DNA from: Dehalococcoidia bacterium
Lineage (GTDB): Bacteria; Chloroflexota; Dehalococcoidia; Lucifugimonadales; UBA3495
Reading direction: 5' to 3'
DNA: 64,000 nucleotides
Assembly (NCBI GenBank): GCA_965204715.1
Contig: OZ242009.1
Span: 54,396-118,395 of the forward strand
Shown here piece by piece: positions 9,463 through 19,173 of this stretch. The position numbers and the translations under genes are program-made. The number at the start of each line of letters is the position of its first letter. The first letter of the stretch is position 1. The notes below the pieces were generated by a model that was given only the letters and a program-made list of their open reading frames with translations, ran no database searches and was not told the DNA's origin.

Positions 9463-10293
9463 CTAGAGGGGAATCTGGCGATATGAGACGCCGTTTACGG
9501 GATCAAGGTCGACCACGGTCACCTCTCCGAGGTAGTTGCTGGATGCCGGGCCTCGGGCTGTGCCGGAGTACACCGCCGTAACGCTACCCTGGGAAACGTC
9601 GTCGTGACGGTCCCAATGGCCCAGGGCCAGGTAGTGGCAGGTGGCGCCGGCGACATCGGCCGGATATATGGGAGAAGAACGTTGGTCCACGTCGCTGTCA
9701 TGGTGGAAGTGGCCGTGGGCCAGGGCCACCAGCCAGCGGTCATCCCGGCGGGCGGGCATTCCATGGAGGGGCCGGAACTCCGGGGTGTGGGAGAGCATGG
9801 CCCGCCCCCATACATCGAGGGTCAGGTCCGGATAGCTGATGGTTTGCCCATCCGTTCCTTCGATTACCCGGAGATTGTCCGGCTTGCCGTGGAATACGTC
9901 ACGCCGGTAGACGGATCCCTCGCCGTAGAGGTCGTGGTTTCCGGGGAGGACCACCGCAGGCATGTCCAGCCGGGCAAGCTCGTCGAGGAAGTCCTGAATC
10001 ATTTCGTCGGAGACACGGGCGTTGTCGAAAATGTCACCGGCGAGAAGTAGCATGTCGCCGCCGAGGCGGGGGGCGGCGTCCACGACAGCCCTGAGCGCCA
10101 GCATAGCATAGGGATGGCCGGAGCCATCCCCAAGGTGGACGTCGGAGGTATGGATTAACCTGATTGCTTTCCTGGGATGCAAACGTTGCTTCTCCTGTTG
10201 GCAGCGCTCCGCTTCAGGCGGTGTGACGGGGCGGACCAGCGCTGGCCTCATTTCACTCCACACCACCTGGACCGGCGGGACGTTGACACCCAC
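9463..10293 (-). CDS. Metallophosphoesterase, SbcD/Mre11-like nuclease domain
   Basis: HTSDVHLG, AGDIFD, GNHD, AHGH, LGHW motifs; start may be 10251. Confidence 0.85.
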   Translation of the reverse strand: MGVNVPPVQVVWSEMRPALVRPVTPPEAERCQQEKQRLHPRKAIRLIHTSDVHLGDGSGHPYAMLALRAVVDAAPRLGGDMLLLAGDIFDNARVSDEMIQDFLDELARLDMPAVVLPGNHDLYGEGSVYRRDVFHGKPDNLRVIEGTDGQTISYPDLTLDVWGRAMLSHTPEFRPLHGMPARRDDRWLVALAHGHFHHDSDVDQRSSPIYPADVAGATCHYLALGHWDRHDDVSQGSVTAVYSGTARGPASSNYLGEVTVVDLDPVNGVSYRQIPL

Positions 10294-10307
10294 TTCCTGC
10301 CAGAACT

Positions 10308-11501
10308 TTAACCCTTGCCGATGACGCCTTTCTCGCGGGCCTTGGCTATGCCGTCTTTGGTGTAGCCAAGCTCGGTCAGAATTTCCTCATTGTGCTGACC
10401 GAGCGTGGGCGGGGTCCTGCGGATGGAGGGCGGCGTCTCCGCCAGCTTGAGGGGAGAGAATGGCACCCGCAGGTCAGGTACATTGGGGTGGGGCATGTCC
10501 ACCACCATGTTCCTGGCGTTGACCTGGGGGTCGTTGATCACATCGGATACGGTGTTGATTGGCCCAACCGGGACTCCGGCGTCGGTGATTATCTCAACCC
10601 ATTCCGCCACGGTCTTGGTCCTGAAAATCTCGCTGAGGACTTCGACGCACTGGGCCCGGTTCTCGACGCGGGCCGTGTTGGACTCGAAACGCGGGTCTTC
10701 AAGCAGCTCGGGGTGACCGATGCCCGGGCAGAGGCGTTCCCAGAGGCCCTGGTTGCCACAACCGAGGATGAAGAAGCCGTCGGATGCGGGGAAGCTCTGG
10801 TAAGGCACCAGGCTGGGATGGCCGGACCCCAGCCTTCTGGGTTCGACGCCGGTGGCGATGTAACCGGTGGCGTGGTAGCTCATGGCGGCTACCTGTCCGT
10901 CCAGCAGGGACGCCTCGATGTACTGACCCTCGCCGGTCTTATTCCGGTGGTGCAGGGCGGTCATTATAGAGCCGTAGGCCATCATACCGGCGAAGAGGTC
11001 CACCAGGGAGAATCCGACTCGGAGGGGGACGCCGTCGGGTTCGCCGGTGAGGTTCATCAGGCCGCTGTAAGCTTGGATAATCAGGTCGTAGCCGGGCTTG
11101 TCGGCCAGTGGGCCGGTGCGGCCATAACCGGATATGGAGCAGTAGATGATGCTGGGGTTCACTGCCTTGACCGCCTCGTAGCCGATACCCATGCGGTCCA
11201 GCGCGCCAGTCCGGAAGCTCTCCACCATGACATCCGCTTTGCTGGCCAGGTCCAGGACTATATCGATGCCTTCCTTCTCACGCAGGTTTACACTGAGGCT
11301 GCGCTTGTTGCGGTTGAAGGAGAGGAACTGGGTGCCCTCGTCGTTCCAGAAAGGGGTCCAGGAGCGGGTCTCGTCGCCGAGGTTGGGTTCCTCGATCTTG
11401 ATGACGTCTGCGCCCATATCGCCCAGCATCTGGGTGCAGGACGGGCCGGCCAGGGTACGGGTAAGGTCGACCACTTTGATGTCGTCTAACGCGGCGGTCA
11501 T
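10308..11501 (-). CDS. CaiB/BaiF family III CoA-transferase
   Basis: DLTRTLAGP, NRNKRS, SISGYG, PGYD. Confidence 0.95.
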   Translation of the reverse strand: MTAALDDIKVVDLTRTLAGPSCTQMLGDMGADVIKIEEPNLGDETRSWTPFWNDEGTQFLSFNRNKRSLSVNLREKEGIDIVLDLASKADVMVESFRTGALDRMGIGYEAVKAVNPSIIYCSISGYGRTGPLADKPGYDLIIQAYSGLMNLTGEPDGVPLRVGFSLVDLFAGMMAYGSIMTALHHRNKTGEGQYIEASLLDGQVAAMSYHATGYIATGVEPRRLGSGHPSLVPYQSFPASDGFFILGCGNQGLWERLCPGIGHPELLEDPRFESNTARVENRAQCVEVLSEIFRTKTVAEWVEIITDAGVPVGPINTVSDVINDPQVNARNMVVDMPHPNVPDLRVPFSPLKLAETPPSIRRTPPTLGQHNEEILTELGYTKDGIAKAREKGVIGKG

Positions 11502-11617
11502 ATTGCTATCTCCAGGAATGGAAAGGTGTGGTTTGCGATGGAATTATAGCATGGCGTATTGTGATATTCTTGCTCCAACTTGAAGCTGGCGGCTCCAGTG
11601 GGGGAAAGAGGATTGCT

Positions 11618-11845
11618 ATGAAGACGCGGACCAGAATAGACATCGACGCCAAATTGTTGGATCAGGTCCTGACGGCGACGGGAGAGAAGTCCAAGAGCAA
11701 GGCGGTGCATACGGCGTTGGAGAAGTACGTCCGCGATTGGGGTATAGCAGAGCTGCTGGCGGCGGGGGGGAAAATAGACATTGTGGACAATCTGCAGGAA
11801 CTGGAGGAACTGGAAATCAAGAAGCAGAAGAGATTGTCGTGGTAG
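11618..11845 (+). CDS. vapB: VapB-type antitoxin
   Basis: RTRIDIDAKLL...SKSKAVHTALE RHH-like; overlaps start of PIN gene. Confidence 0.8.
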   Translation: MKTRTRIDIDAKLLDQVLTATGEKSKSKAVHTALEKYVRDWGIAELLAAGGKIDIVDNLQELEELEIKKQKRLSW

Positions 11846-12127
11846 TGGCGGACTCATCCGCATGGATCGACTATTTCAGGTCACCGGAATCCCCCATAGG
11901 ACGAGAAGTGGCATCGCTTATAGCGAGCAACGAAATGGCCGTGGTCGGAATCGTGATGGCCGAGGTTCTGCAAGGCGCCCGCAGTCCAGCAGAGTTTGAT
12001 TTTCTCAGGACACGCCTGGATACTCTGCGGTTTCTGGATGACGATAAGGACATCTGGGTCATGGCCGGACAACTGGCGAATGGACTCAGGAATCAGGGTA
12101 GAACGATTCCTTTGTCCGATGTAACTA

Positions 12128-13120
12128 ACCTGGTGTGCAAGTTGTAAGAGGGGTTGAAAATCCAGGTCCAACCACTTCTACTGGAGACAGCTAACTCCCA
12201 GAAGAGGTGCTTGATGGACCTGGACACCCACATAATAACAGCCTTTTGCCGCATAGATGATGTGTTGAAACGCCTTTTTCAAGAACAACGGCTCCGTCAG
12301 AGCGGACCCGAACCCCTGTTGTCTGACGCCGAAGTGTTGACGATGGAGGCCGTGGGAGACTTCCTGGGTCTGAGCCAGGACATCACTCTCTACCGCTACT
12401 TCCGCCAGCACTACCGCCACTTCTTTCCGGGAATGGCGCGTGTGTGCCGCACCACCTTCGTGCGCCAGGCGGCCAACCTCTGGCGGGTCAAGGAGCAGGT
12501 CTGGCGAATGCTCCTGAGCTCCATCCGTCATGACCCGGGCTTCGCCATCGTGGATAGCTTCCCCCTGCCGGTCTGCCGGTTCGCCCGGGCCTACCGCTGC
12601 CGGCGGTTCCGGGGGGAGGCCGCTTTCGGGTGGGATGACGTGGCACGGCAAACTTTCTATGGCTTCAGGGTGCATCTGCGCCTTTGCTGGCCCGGACTGA
12701 TCACCGGGTTCAGCATCACCCCAGCCAACGTGCATGACCTGGCGGTGGTCCCGGAACTGACTGAAGGCACGCGAGGCGTGCTGCTGGGCGACCGCAACTA
12801 CTGGTCTCCCCTCCTGACGGAGGAGTTGAGCGGCCAGGGTTTGACCTTGCTGGCCCCTTTCAAGTCGAAGAAAAAGGACCCCTGGCCCCGGCGGAGCTAC
12901 CAAATCAGCCGGCCGCGTTACCGCATCGAAACCGTATTCAGTCAACTGGTGGAACGCTTTCAGGCCAGGCGGGTCCAGGTAAAGGACACCTGGCATCTGC
13001 ACGCCCGGTTGCTGCGCAAGGCGCTCAGTCATACCTTGGCCTTCGCCCTAAATCAGGAGCAGGGTAATCCACCCCTGCAATTCTCCAAACTGCTCGCCTG
13101 GTAAAACTTGCACACCAGGT
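12128..13120 (+). mobile_element. IS982-family insertion sequence (993 bp)
   Basis: Perfect terminal IRs ACCTGGTGTGCAAGTT / AACTTGCACACCAGGT; 6-bp target duplication TAACTA at 12122-12127 and 13121-13126. Confidence 0.93.
12214..13104 (+). CDS. IS982-family DDE transposase
   Basis: LSDAEVLT, IVDSFPLPVC, FYGFRVH, GDRNY, RYRIETVFSQL. Confidence 0.92.
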   Translation: MDLDTHIITAFCRIDDVLKRLFQEQRLRQSGPEPLLSDAEVLTMEAVGDFLGLSQDITLYRYFRQHYRHFFPGMARVCRTTFVRQAANLWRVKEQVWRMLLSSIRHDPGFAIVDSFPLPVCRFARAYRCRRFRGEAAFGWDDVARQTFYGFRVHLRLCWPGLITGFSITPANVHDLAVVPELTEGTRGVLLGDRNYWSPLLTEELSGQGLTLLAPFKSKKKDPWPRRSYQISRPRYRIETVFSQLVERFQARRVQVKDTWHLHARLLRKALSHTLAFALNQEQGNPPLQFSKLLAW

Positions 13121-13227
13121 TAACTATTGCAGTTGTAGCCATGCAACACGACGAGCCGGTCTTGACGACGGACAGGCATTTCGAGTTTGTGCCGGGACTG
13201 CGGCTGCACCCGATAGGGACTTAACGC

Positions 13228-14163
13228 ATGATCGGGACTGAACGCCCCGGCGTGGTTGTACTGGGCGGAATCAACATGGACCTGGTGACCATGACGCCCC
13301 GGTTCCCGCTGCCGGGGGAGACGGTGGTGGGAACGCGGTTCCTGACCTACCCCGGCGGGAAGGGCGCGAACCAGGCGGTGGCGGCGGCCCGCATGGGAGC
13401 GGAGACGCTGATGGTGGGCCGGGTTGGGGATGATGTGTTCGGGGGCCAGTTGATCGAGGCCCTTTCGGCCAGCGGGGTCAATGCGTGGGGAGTGGAGGTC
13501 TCGCCGGATACCACTTCGGGCCTGGCCATAATCGCCATTGACGAGACGGCCCAGAACCAGATCGTGCAGGTGCTGGAGGCCAACGACACATGCGGGGACG
13601 CGGAAGCGGAACGGTGCATTCAGGCCCTGGTCAATGCTGACTGCGTGCTGCTCCAGCTGGAGGTGTCCCTGGAGGCGTCCTTGAGGGTGGCAAGGGAAGC
13701 CTTTGCACAGGGGAAGACGGTGATACTGGACCCGGGGCCGGTGCGGCCATTTCCGGATGAGTTCTATAGCTGTTGCAGCGTGATAACCCCCAACGAAACG
13801 GAGGCGCAGGCGCTGGTGGGATTCCCGGTGACCGATGTTTCGGCGGCGGAGCGGTCTGCGGACACGTTGCTCTTGCGGGGTGTTGGAGCGGCCATCATCA
13901 AGCTGGGGGGACAGGGCGCTTACTACGCTACAGGCTGGGAGTCCGGGCACGTGCCGCCGTTTGCGGTGGATGCGGTGGACTCGGTTGCGGCGGGAGACGC
14001 ATTCAACGGCGCACTGGCGGTGGCCCTGTCGGAAGGGCGTGAGTTTCCCGAGGCGGTGCGTATCGCCTGCGCCGCCGGAGCCCTGGCGGTGACCACGTCC
14101 GGGGCGCAGGACTCCATGCCGTTGCGGGCGGACGTGGACGCGCTGGTACGCAGTGGTCAATAG
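13228..14163 (+). CDS. rbsK: Ribokinase (PfkB family)
   Basis: GINMDL, GGKGANQAVAAAR, PNETE, DSVAAGDAF. Confidence 0.9.
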   Translation: MIGTERPGVVVLGGINMDLVTMTPRFPLPGETVVGTRFLTYPGGKGANQAVAAARMGAETLMVGRVGDDVFGGQLIEALSASGVNAWGVEVSPDTTSGLAIIAIDETAQNQIVQVLEANDTCGDAEAERCIQALVNADCVLLQLEVSLEASLRVAREAFAQGKTVILDPGPVRPFPDEFYSCCSVITPNETEAQALVGFPVTDVSAAERSADTLLLRGVGAAIIKLGGQGAYYATGWESGHVPPFAVDAVDSVAAGDAFNGALAVALSEGREFPEAVRIACAAGALAVTTSGAQDSMPLRADVDALVRSGQ

Positions 14164-14201
14164 ACCTGGACGGCTCTCCTGAGCACCGCGGAGTTCCCCG
14201 G

Positions 14202-14237
14202 CCGGGCTACCCTCTGAGCCCGGGCTACCCTTTGAGC
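14202..14237. repeat. 18-bp tandem duplication overlapping the MmgE/PrpD stop codon
   Basis: CCGGGCTACCCTCTGAGC then CCGGGCTACCCTTTGAGC. Confidence 0.85.
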
Positions 14238-15631
14238 ATAGATGTCAAGCTGCTGATGGACTCTACGCCGTCCAAGCCATAGATCGTATCGATTATCTGA
14301 CGCTGGATGTCGCCGGCCATCAGGCCCTGGGCGCAGTCGGCAAACTTGCCCGCCAGTTCGTCCGCGCTCATGGGGCGTTCCGGCGTGCCACGGGAGGTTG
14401 TAGCCTCCTTGGACAGGACCGTTCCGTCCCGCAGTTCCACCTCTATGAGGCTGCGGATGCGCTGGAAGCCCAGCGCCTCGAGCCCTTCATGCAAATAGGG
14501 CTTTACCCGGCCCATCATTTCCTGCACGTCGGGCCGGAGGACTGTCTCGTCGGTGAATTGGGCGATACCTCCCTGACGCTCCAGCAATAGGATTGCCATG
14601 CAGAATGGGATGCTGAACTTCGCCTCCAACTCGTCGGTGGGCTGGGCGTACCTCAGGGCGGCGAGAACGTTTGATGTGGTGCCGAGGCGGACTTCCTCCA
14701 CGTCGCCGGGCTTGATGTCGTGCTCCAGTATCAGGTCCAGCATGGCGTCCATGGACGGGTGGGACAGGGAGCCGCAGGGGTAGGGCTTGATGGACACTCC
14801 GGGGTCTACGAATGTGTAGGGGCTGCCCAGCTTGCCCCGGATGGCTTCAGAGTCCACACCGGAGCCTGCCACCTGGAAGTAGCCCCACGGGCCGTCCATC
14901 GCCTCGGGTGCGGTACGGTATCCGATTCGGGCCAGTTCGGTTGCGACGACGCCGCCCTGGGCCGCGGCTCCGGCGTGATAGGGCTTGGTCATGGTGCCAA
15001 AGGCGACACGGATTCCCGCGCTTTTGCTGGCGGCGATTCCCAGGGCCTGGGCAATGAGGTCCGGGCCAAGGCCATGAAGCTTGGCAGCCGCGGCGGCAGC
15101 GCCGAAGATGCCGATGGTGCCGGTGGAGTGGAACCCGTTCTGGTAGTGGTATGGCCGGATAGCCTCGGCCACCTTGCAGGCAACCTCTACGCCGGTACAG
15201 AAGGCGGTGAGGGTGTCCCTGCCGGTTGCGCCCACCTGCTCGGCAACCGGTATGGCAGCGCTCAGTACCGGGGTGGTCGGGTGAGTAAGCAGGCCGTAGA
15301 CGCGGTCCGGCAGGGTGGAAATCTGGGTGTCGTCGTAGTCCAGGGCGTGGGCGCTGACGCCGTTTGCCAGGGCCGCGTACTCGGCGGGCAGGGTCTGGGG
15401 GCCGCCGATAACCGTGGCCTTCCCGCTGAGGCCGAGACCGGCGATGTACTGCCGGATTAGCTGGGTGCAGTCGGCATTGTACCCGGAGAGGGTCACGCCT
15501 ATTCCGTCGATGACCGCTTCTTTAGCCCGTTGAATTACGTCTCCGGGGATGCTCTCGTAGGTGACGCCGTGGACGTACTCGGCAAGCTCTCCGGTGAGGG
15601 AACCCCGGTCTTTCGAGTTCTGGGCAGCCAT
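14225..15631 (-). CDS. MmgE/PrpD family protein
   Basis: HALDYDD, GFHSTG, KPYHAG, KPYPCG. Confidence 0.92.
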   Translation of the reverse strand: MAAQNSKDRGSLTGELAEYVHGVTYESIPGDVIQRAKEAVIDGIGVTLSGYNADCTQLIRQYIAGLGLSGKATVIGGPQTLPAEYAALANGVSAHALDYDDTQISTLPDRVYGLLTHPTTPVLSAAIPVAEQVGATGRDTLTAFCTGVEVACKVAEAIRPYHYQNGFHSTGTIGIFGAAAAAAKLHGLGPDLIAQALGIAASKSAGIRVAFGTMTKPYHAGAAAQGGVVATELARIGYRTAPEAMDGPWGYFQVAGSGVDSEAIRGKLGSPYTFVDPGVSIKPYPCGSLSHPSMDAMLDLILEHDIKPGDVEEVRLGTTSNVLAALRYAQPTDELEAKFSIPFCMAILLLERQGGIAQFTDETVLRPDVQEMMGRVKPYLHEGLEALGFQRIRSLIEVELRDGTVLSKEATTSRGTPERPMSADELAGKFADCAQGLMAGDIQRQIIDTIYGLDGVESISSLTSMLKG

Positions 15632-15727
15632 TCCGCCGGACCTCCATCGCAAGTTGACGCCGGGTTTTCGCCAGCGTACATATCAGTCGTCTGACATATT
15701 AGACCAAAGTGCTATTATGGGGAAGCT

Positions 15728-16225
15728 ATGATGGACAATGACCGGTTCTGCCCCGCCTGCGCCGCGCCCCTGGCCGAGAGAGAGGAGGCGGGGCGCGTGA
15801 GGCCGGTATGCTCGAAGTGCGGCAAAATAGTGTTCTACGACCCCAAGGTCGCGGCCACCTGCGTGGTGGAGCGTGAGGGCAGGGTGCTGCTGGTGCGCCG
15901 GGGGAACCAACCGGGTTACGGATTGTGGAGTATGCCCGGCGGCTATGTCGACCGGGGCGAGGTGGTGGAGGATGCGGCGGCCCGCGAGGTCGTGGAGGAG
16001 ACCGGGTTGGTGGTGGAGGTCGGTCGGCTGGTGGGGCTGTTTTCGGAGGCCGGGCACCCGGTGATCGTGGCTGCGTTCAGCGCCGCGGAGACGGGCGGCG
16101 TCCTGGAAGCGGGTCCGGAGGCGCTGGAGGTGGGATTCTTCGACATAGACGGACTGCCGGAAATGGCGTTTCCGCGGGACCCGCTGATACTGGAACGCTG
16201 GCGGGAGATGCAGGGCGGCGGATAA
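15728..16225 (+). CDS. NUDIX hydrolase with N-terminal zinc ribbon
   Basis: CPAC...CSKC; GGYVDRGEVVEDAAAREVVEETG Nudix box. Confidence 0.92.
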   Translation: MMDNDRFCPACAAPLAEREEAGRVRPVCSKCGKIVFYDPKVAATCVVEREGRVLLVRRGNQPGYGLWSMPGGYVDRGEVVEDAAAREVVEETGLVVEVGRLVGLFSEAGHPVIVAAFSAAETGGVLEAGPEALEVGFFDIDGLPEMAFPRDPLILERWREMQGGG

Positions 16226-16337
16226 GGGAACTGTTCAGAGGGTCTCACGAGGTCAGTCCGCACTACTGACAACCAGTGATTGTTGAACAAACGGACGACA
16301 TGCTAACGTCTCACTCACCCAATGGCGAGGTGATGCC

Positions 16338-16952
16338 ATGGCCATTTTGAGAGCAACGGATGTGGCTGATTATTTTCTGGCCATGCAAAACGCGCTCGGC
16401 AATTCCGCTCCAATCAACAACATGAAGATGCAGAAGCTCTGCTACTATGCTCAAGGGTTTGCCCTGGCGGAGCTTAAGCAACCGTTGTTCTTCGACCACA
16501 TCGAAGCGTGGAAGCATGGCCCGGTGATCCCAACTCTGTGGCGCAAGTACAAGGAATTCGGATATGGACCCATCCCGGCGCCGGACAGGGCTATAGACCA
16601 TCGGAAGTTTAGCTGGGAGATACGACTCCTGCTGCATGAAGTAGCAAGGAGTTACGGGCATTTGTCCGATTGGGAATTACGAAATAGGACCCATAGGGCA
16701 TCACCCTGGCTTGACACTCCGGACGGGGCGACGATTACACATCAGAGGATGCGGAATTTCTTTGAAACATTGGTCGATGAGAATACCCAGTCCCGCCAAC
16801 ATGATGTTGGAGGTCCGGCAGGGCAAGAACTCGTCGCTGAGATGATGGACGATCCCGTGTTCATGGAGATGACCCAGGCAGGTCTGAAGGAGCTTGACGC
16901 GGGCCGTTTTTCAACTCTTGAGGAAGTTCAGAGAGAGCTTGGCAACATTTGA
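16338..16952 (+). CDS. Panacea (DUF4065/SocA-like) antitoxin with C-terminal extension
   Basis: MKMQKLCYYAQG, EAWKHGPVIP, THRASPW; extra tail AGLKELDAGRFSTLEEV. Confidence 0.85.
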   Translation: MAILRATDVADYFLAMQNALGNSAPINNMKMQKLCYYAQGFALAELKQPLFFDHIEAWKHGPVIPTLWRKYKEFGYGPIPAPDRAIDHRKFSWEIRLLLHEVARSYGHLSDWELRNRTHRASPWLDTPDGATITHQRMRNFFETLVDENTQSRQHDVGGPAGQELVAEMMDDPVFMEMTQAGLKELDAGRFSTLEEVQRELGNI

Positions 16953-17235
16953 TGCAGTCCTCTCGGACCGGGCAAGGGCTTTCGTGCGATCTTTGAATTG
17001 GTTTGAGCAAGCAGAGTTTCAATGGGCTCTCCAAGACCTGATGAGAGACCCTCACCCCGATGGAAGAGCGAAGGTCGAGCTTAACACGTTTCCCTATGGG
17101 CCGGGCACATTGGCCTTCACCGGCCGTGAATTCTGGATGGTCTACAGGTTTCTTAACGCCACCACTATTGGCATCGCGAGCGTATATTGGCGGCCTGACT
17201 CGCCGCGGCGCGGCGGTGAATTGCTGGAGATTTGA
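16939..17235 (+). CDS. RelE/ParE-like toxin
   Basis: TTG start overlapping antitoxin end; FDAVLSDRARAF...LMRDPHP...FWMVYRF layout, 98 aa. Confidence 0.55.
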   Translation: MATFDAVLSDRARAFVRSLNWFEQAEFQWALQDLMRDPHPDGRAKVELNTFPYGPGTLAFTGREFWMVYRFLNATTIGIASVYWRPDSPRRGGELLEI

Positions 17236-17276
17236 TCAAGCCGGACTTTCACTCATACGCACCAACATACGCACCA

Positions 17277-17993
17277 ATGACGAGATCGCTGCTTTCCCGA
17301 ATCTCCGGGTACGCCCTTGATTTCCTGTTTCCCCTTAGCTGCGTGGTCTGCCGCAAGGAGGGAAGGTTTATCTGCGAAGGGTGCGAACCGGCGCTGCCCC
17401 GATTGTCCCAACCCTATTGCCGGGTCTGCGCGAGTCCGGGCGCGGGGGGTATTTGCCGGTGGTGCTTCGACGCGCCCCTGGAACTGGACGGGATTCGCGC
17501 CCCGTACCTGTTTGAAGGTCCAGTCCGGGAGGCCATCCACAGCCTGAAGTACCGGGGCGTGCGGGCCGCAGCGCCGGAACTGGGCCGCCTGCTGGCGCAA
17601 TACCTGGACACTCATCCATTGGGGTCACGCACAACAGGCGCCCCCGCGGACCTGATCGTTCCGACGCCCATGCACCCCAAACGCATGAGAGACCGGGGTT
17701 ATAACCAGGCCGAGTTGCTGGCCAGGAGTCTAAGCAAAGAGTCCGGCATTCCATTGAATACTTCGTCGTTGGCAAGGGTCAGGCACTCCGGGCCGCAGGT
17801 CGGGAAGAGCCAGGAACAGAGGCGAGCCAATGTTGCCGATAGTTTCCGTTGCGACCCGGACATGACCGGGAAAGCGATAATCGTTGTGGATGATGTGGCC
17901 ACGACGGGGAGCACCCTGTCCGCCTGCGCCTCCGCGCTGAAGGATGCCGGGGTTTCGGAAGTCTGGGGGCTGGCGCTGGCCCGGGAGGGGTAG
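17277..17993 (+). CDS. comF: ComF family amidophosphoribosyltransferase-like protein
   Basis: Double zinc ribbon, RGYNQAELL, VDDVATTGST PRPP motif. Confidence 0.9.
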   Translation: MTRSLLSRISGYALDFLFPLSCVVCRKEGRFICEGCEPALPRLSQPYCRVCASPGAGGICRWCFDAPLELDGIRAPYLFEGPVREAIHSLKYRGVRAAAPELGRLLAQYLDTHPLGSRTTGAPADLIVPTPMHPKRMRDRGYNQAELLARSLSKESGIPLNTSSLARVRHSGPQVGKSQEQRRANVADSFRCDPDMTGKAIIVVDDVATTGSTLSACASALKDAGVSEVWGLALAREG

Positions 17994-18089
17994 CAGGGAG
18001 CCAGGAAACCAGGTTGGCTGGGGGCAGGGGAAGCAAGTAGGCTTGCACAAGGACTCAAGTGATTCGCCAAAATAGTGGAATCTGAAGAT

Positions 18090-18362
18090 ATGAAGAACAT
18101 GAGCATCAGCGTGGACGACGACACCCACCGGCGACTGCGGATCATGGCGGCCGAGCAGGGGACCTCCGTGCCGGCAATGATCAGGGACCACATGTTGAGG
18201 GTCATAAATGGCCAAAGCCAAGGGAACATGGGAGAAACGGAGCCTGAACGCCGCCGCGGGCTGGCCGAGGTAACGGAGGAATTCCAGCGGAGAGGGGCCG
18301 GTATTTCCATGACCGACAACCTGACCAGAGAGGAGATGTACCAAGGCCGCGCGTCTCGCTGA
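18090..18362 (+). CDS. FitA-like ribbon-helix-helix antitoxin
   Basis: MKNMSISVDDDTHRRLRIMAAEQGTSV...LTREEMY. Confidence 0.75.
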   Translation: MKNMSISVDDDTHRRLRIMAAEQGTSVPAMIRDHMLRVINGQSQGNMGETEPERRRGLAEVTEEFQRRGAGISMTDNLTREEMYQGRASR

Positions 18363-18523
18363 CTCCAACATTCTCCTCTGCGGCCCATCCTACTGGGACG
18401 CTGCGATACTCGCGGCGGCGCGCCATGGGCTGCGATGCCGTCTACTCCGAAGATATGAACGACCACCAGGACTACGGGGGGCTGAGAGCCGTCAACCCAT
18501 TCAGCCGGGAACAGCGCATCTAA
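18352..18523 (+). pseudogene. Internally deleted, frameshifted PIN toxin remnant
   Basis: LADSNILL joined almost directly to SYWDAAILAAA, then other frame MGCDAVYSEDMNDHQDYGGLRAVNPF. Confidence 0.8.
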
Positions 18524-18584
18524 AGTCCCCCACGGCTGGTCGCGCTACTGCGACTCGGAGCGCTCGGAGAAGCCTGAAGGCAGG

Positions 18585-18947
18585 TTGCTGCGGGCCATCG
18601 GCATAGTCCCGCGGTTCAGCAAGCCGTGGAGGAATATCTACAACAACCGGGGCTCCATTGAGCGGCGGTCCAGCAGCGCCAAGCGCTCCCGACTGCCGGA
18701 CAAGCGCCAGCTTCTGAAGATGGGCAAGGATGAGTCTGCACGCCAATATATGTCCATGCTGGCGTGGCTGCTGACAGCCCTCGCGCACCTCAAAGCCGAT
18801 AACTACCGGCGCATGAGGCACATGTACATCCGGCTGCCGCGGGCCGGGAGAGAAACCGGCAGAGAACCGGCCAAACTGGAACTGGCCGAAGTCCACGACT
18901 GCCAAAGCTGCCGCCTGTGCCCACAACACTTCGCAGTCGGCGCATAG
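18585..18947 (+). pseudogene. Probable C-terminal remnant of a DDE transposase
   Basis: WRNIYNNRGSIERRSSSAKRS resembles Y-xx-R-xxx-E-x6-K; no N-terminal part or IRs recognised. Confidence 0.45.
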
Positions 18948-19173
18948 CCGCACTCGGGCATTGCACGAACCAACTCGATTCATTGGTAGACCAACCTACA
19001 GGTGATACAAAGGCAACAGCCCAGTAGGTTCACGCCGCTGGGCATAGCCATACTGGCAAGGAGAAATGCAAGAACCTCTGTAAACTGCCATCGGTGCTTG
19101 AAGCACAGTAAGCGGCTGGTCAACGGCAAAGCTCTACTCTATCCTGACAAGAAGAGTCTGAGAGGGATCTTTG

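Larger units (their letters stand above)
11839..13224 (+). pseudogene. vapC: VapC PIN toxin interrupted by IS982
   Basis: VVADSSAWID...LSDVT|IS|IAVVAMQHDEPVLTTDRHFEFVPGL; removing the IS and one TAACTA copy restores one frame. Confidence 0.92.

Noticed and set aside
9463-10293. Assigning sbcD as partner of sbcC
   Set aside because: About 35 kb away, lacks the C-terminal SbcC-binding region and lies in a catabolic operon.
16226-16247. GGAACTGTTCAGAGGGTCTC as a possible IS end next to the Panacea module
   Set aside because: No matching inverted copy or transposase found nearby.
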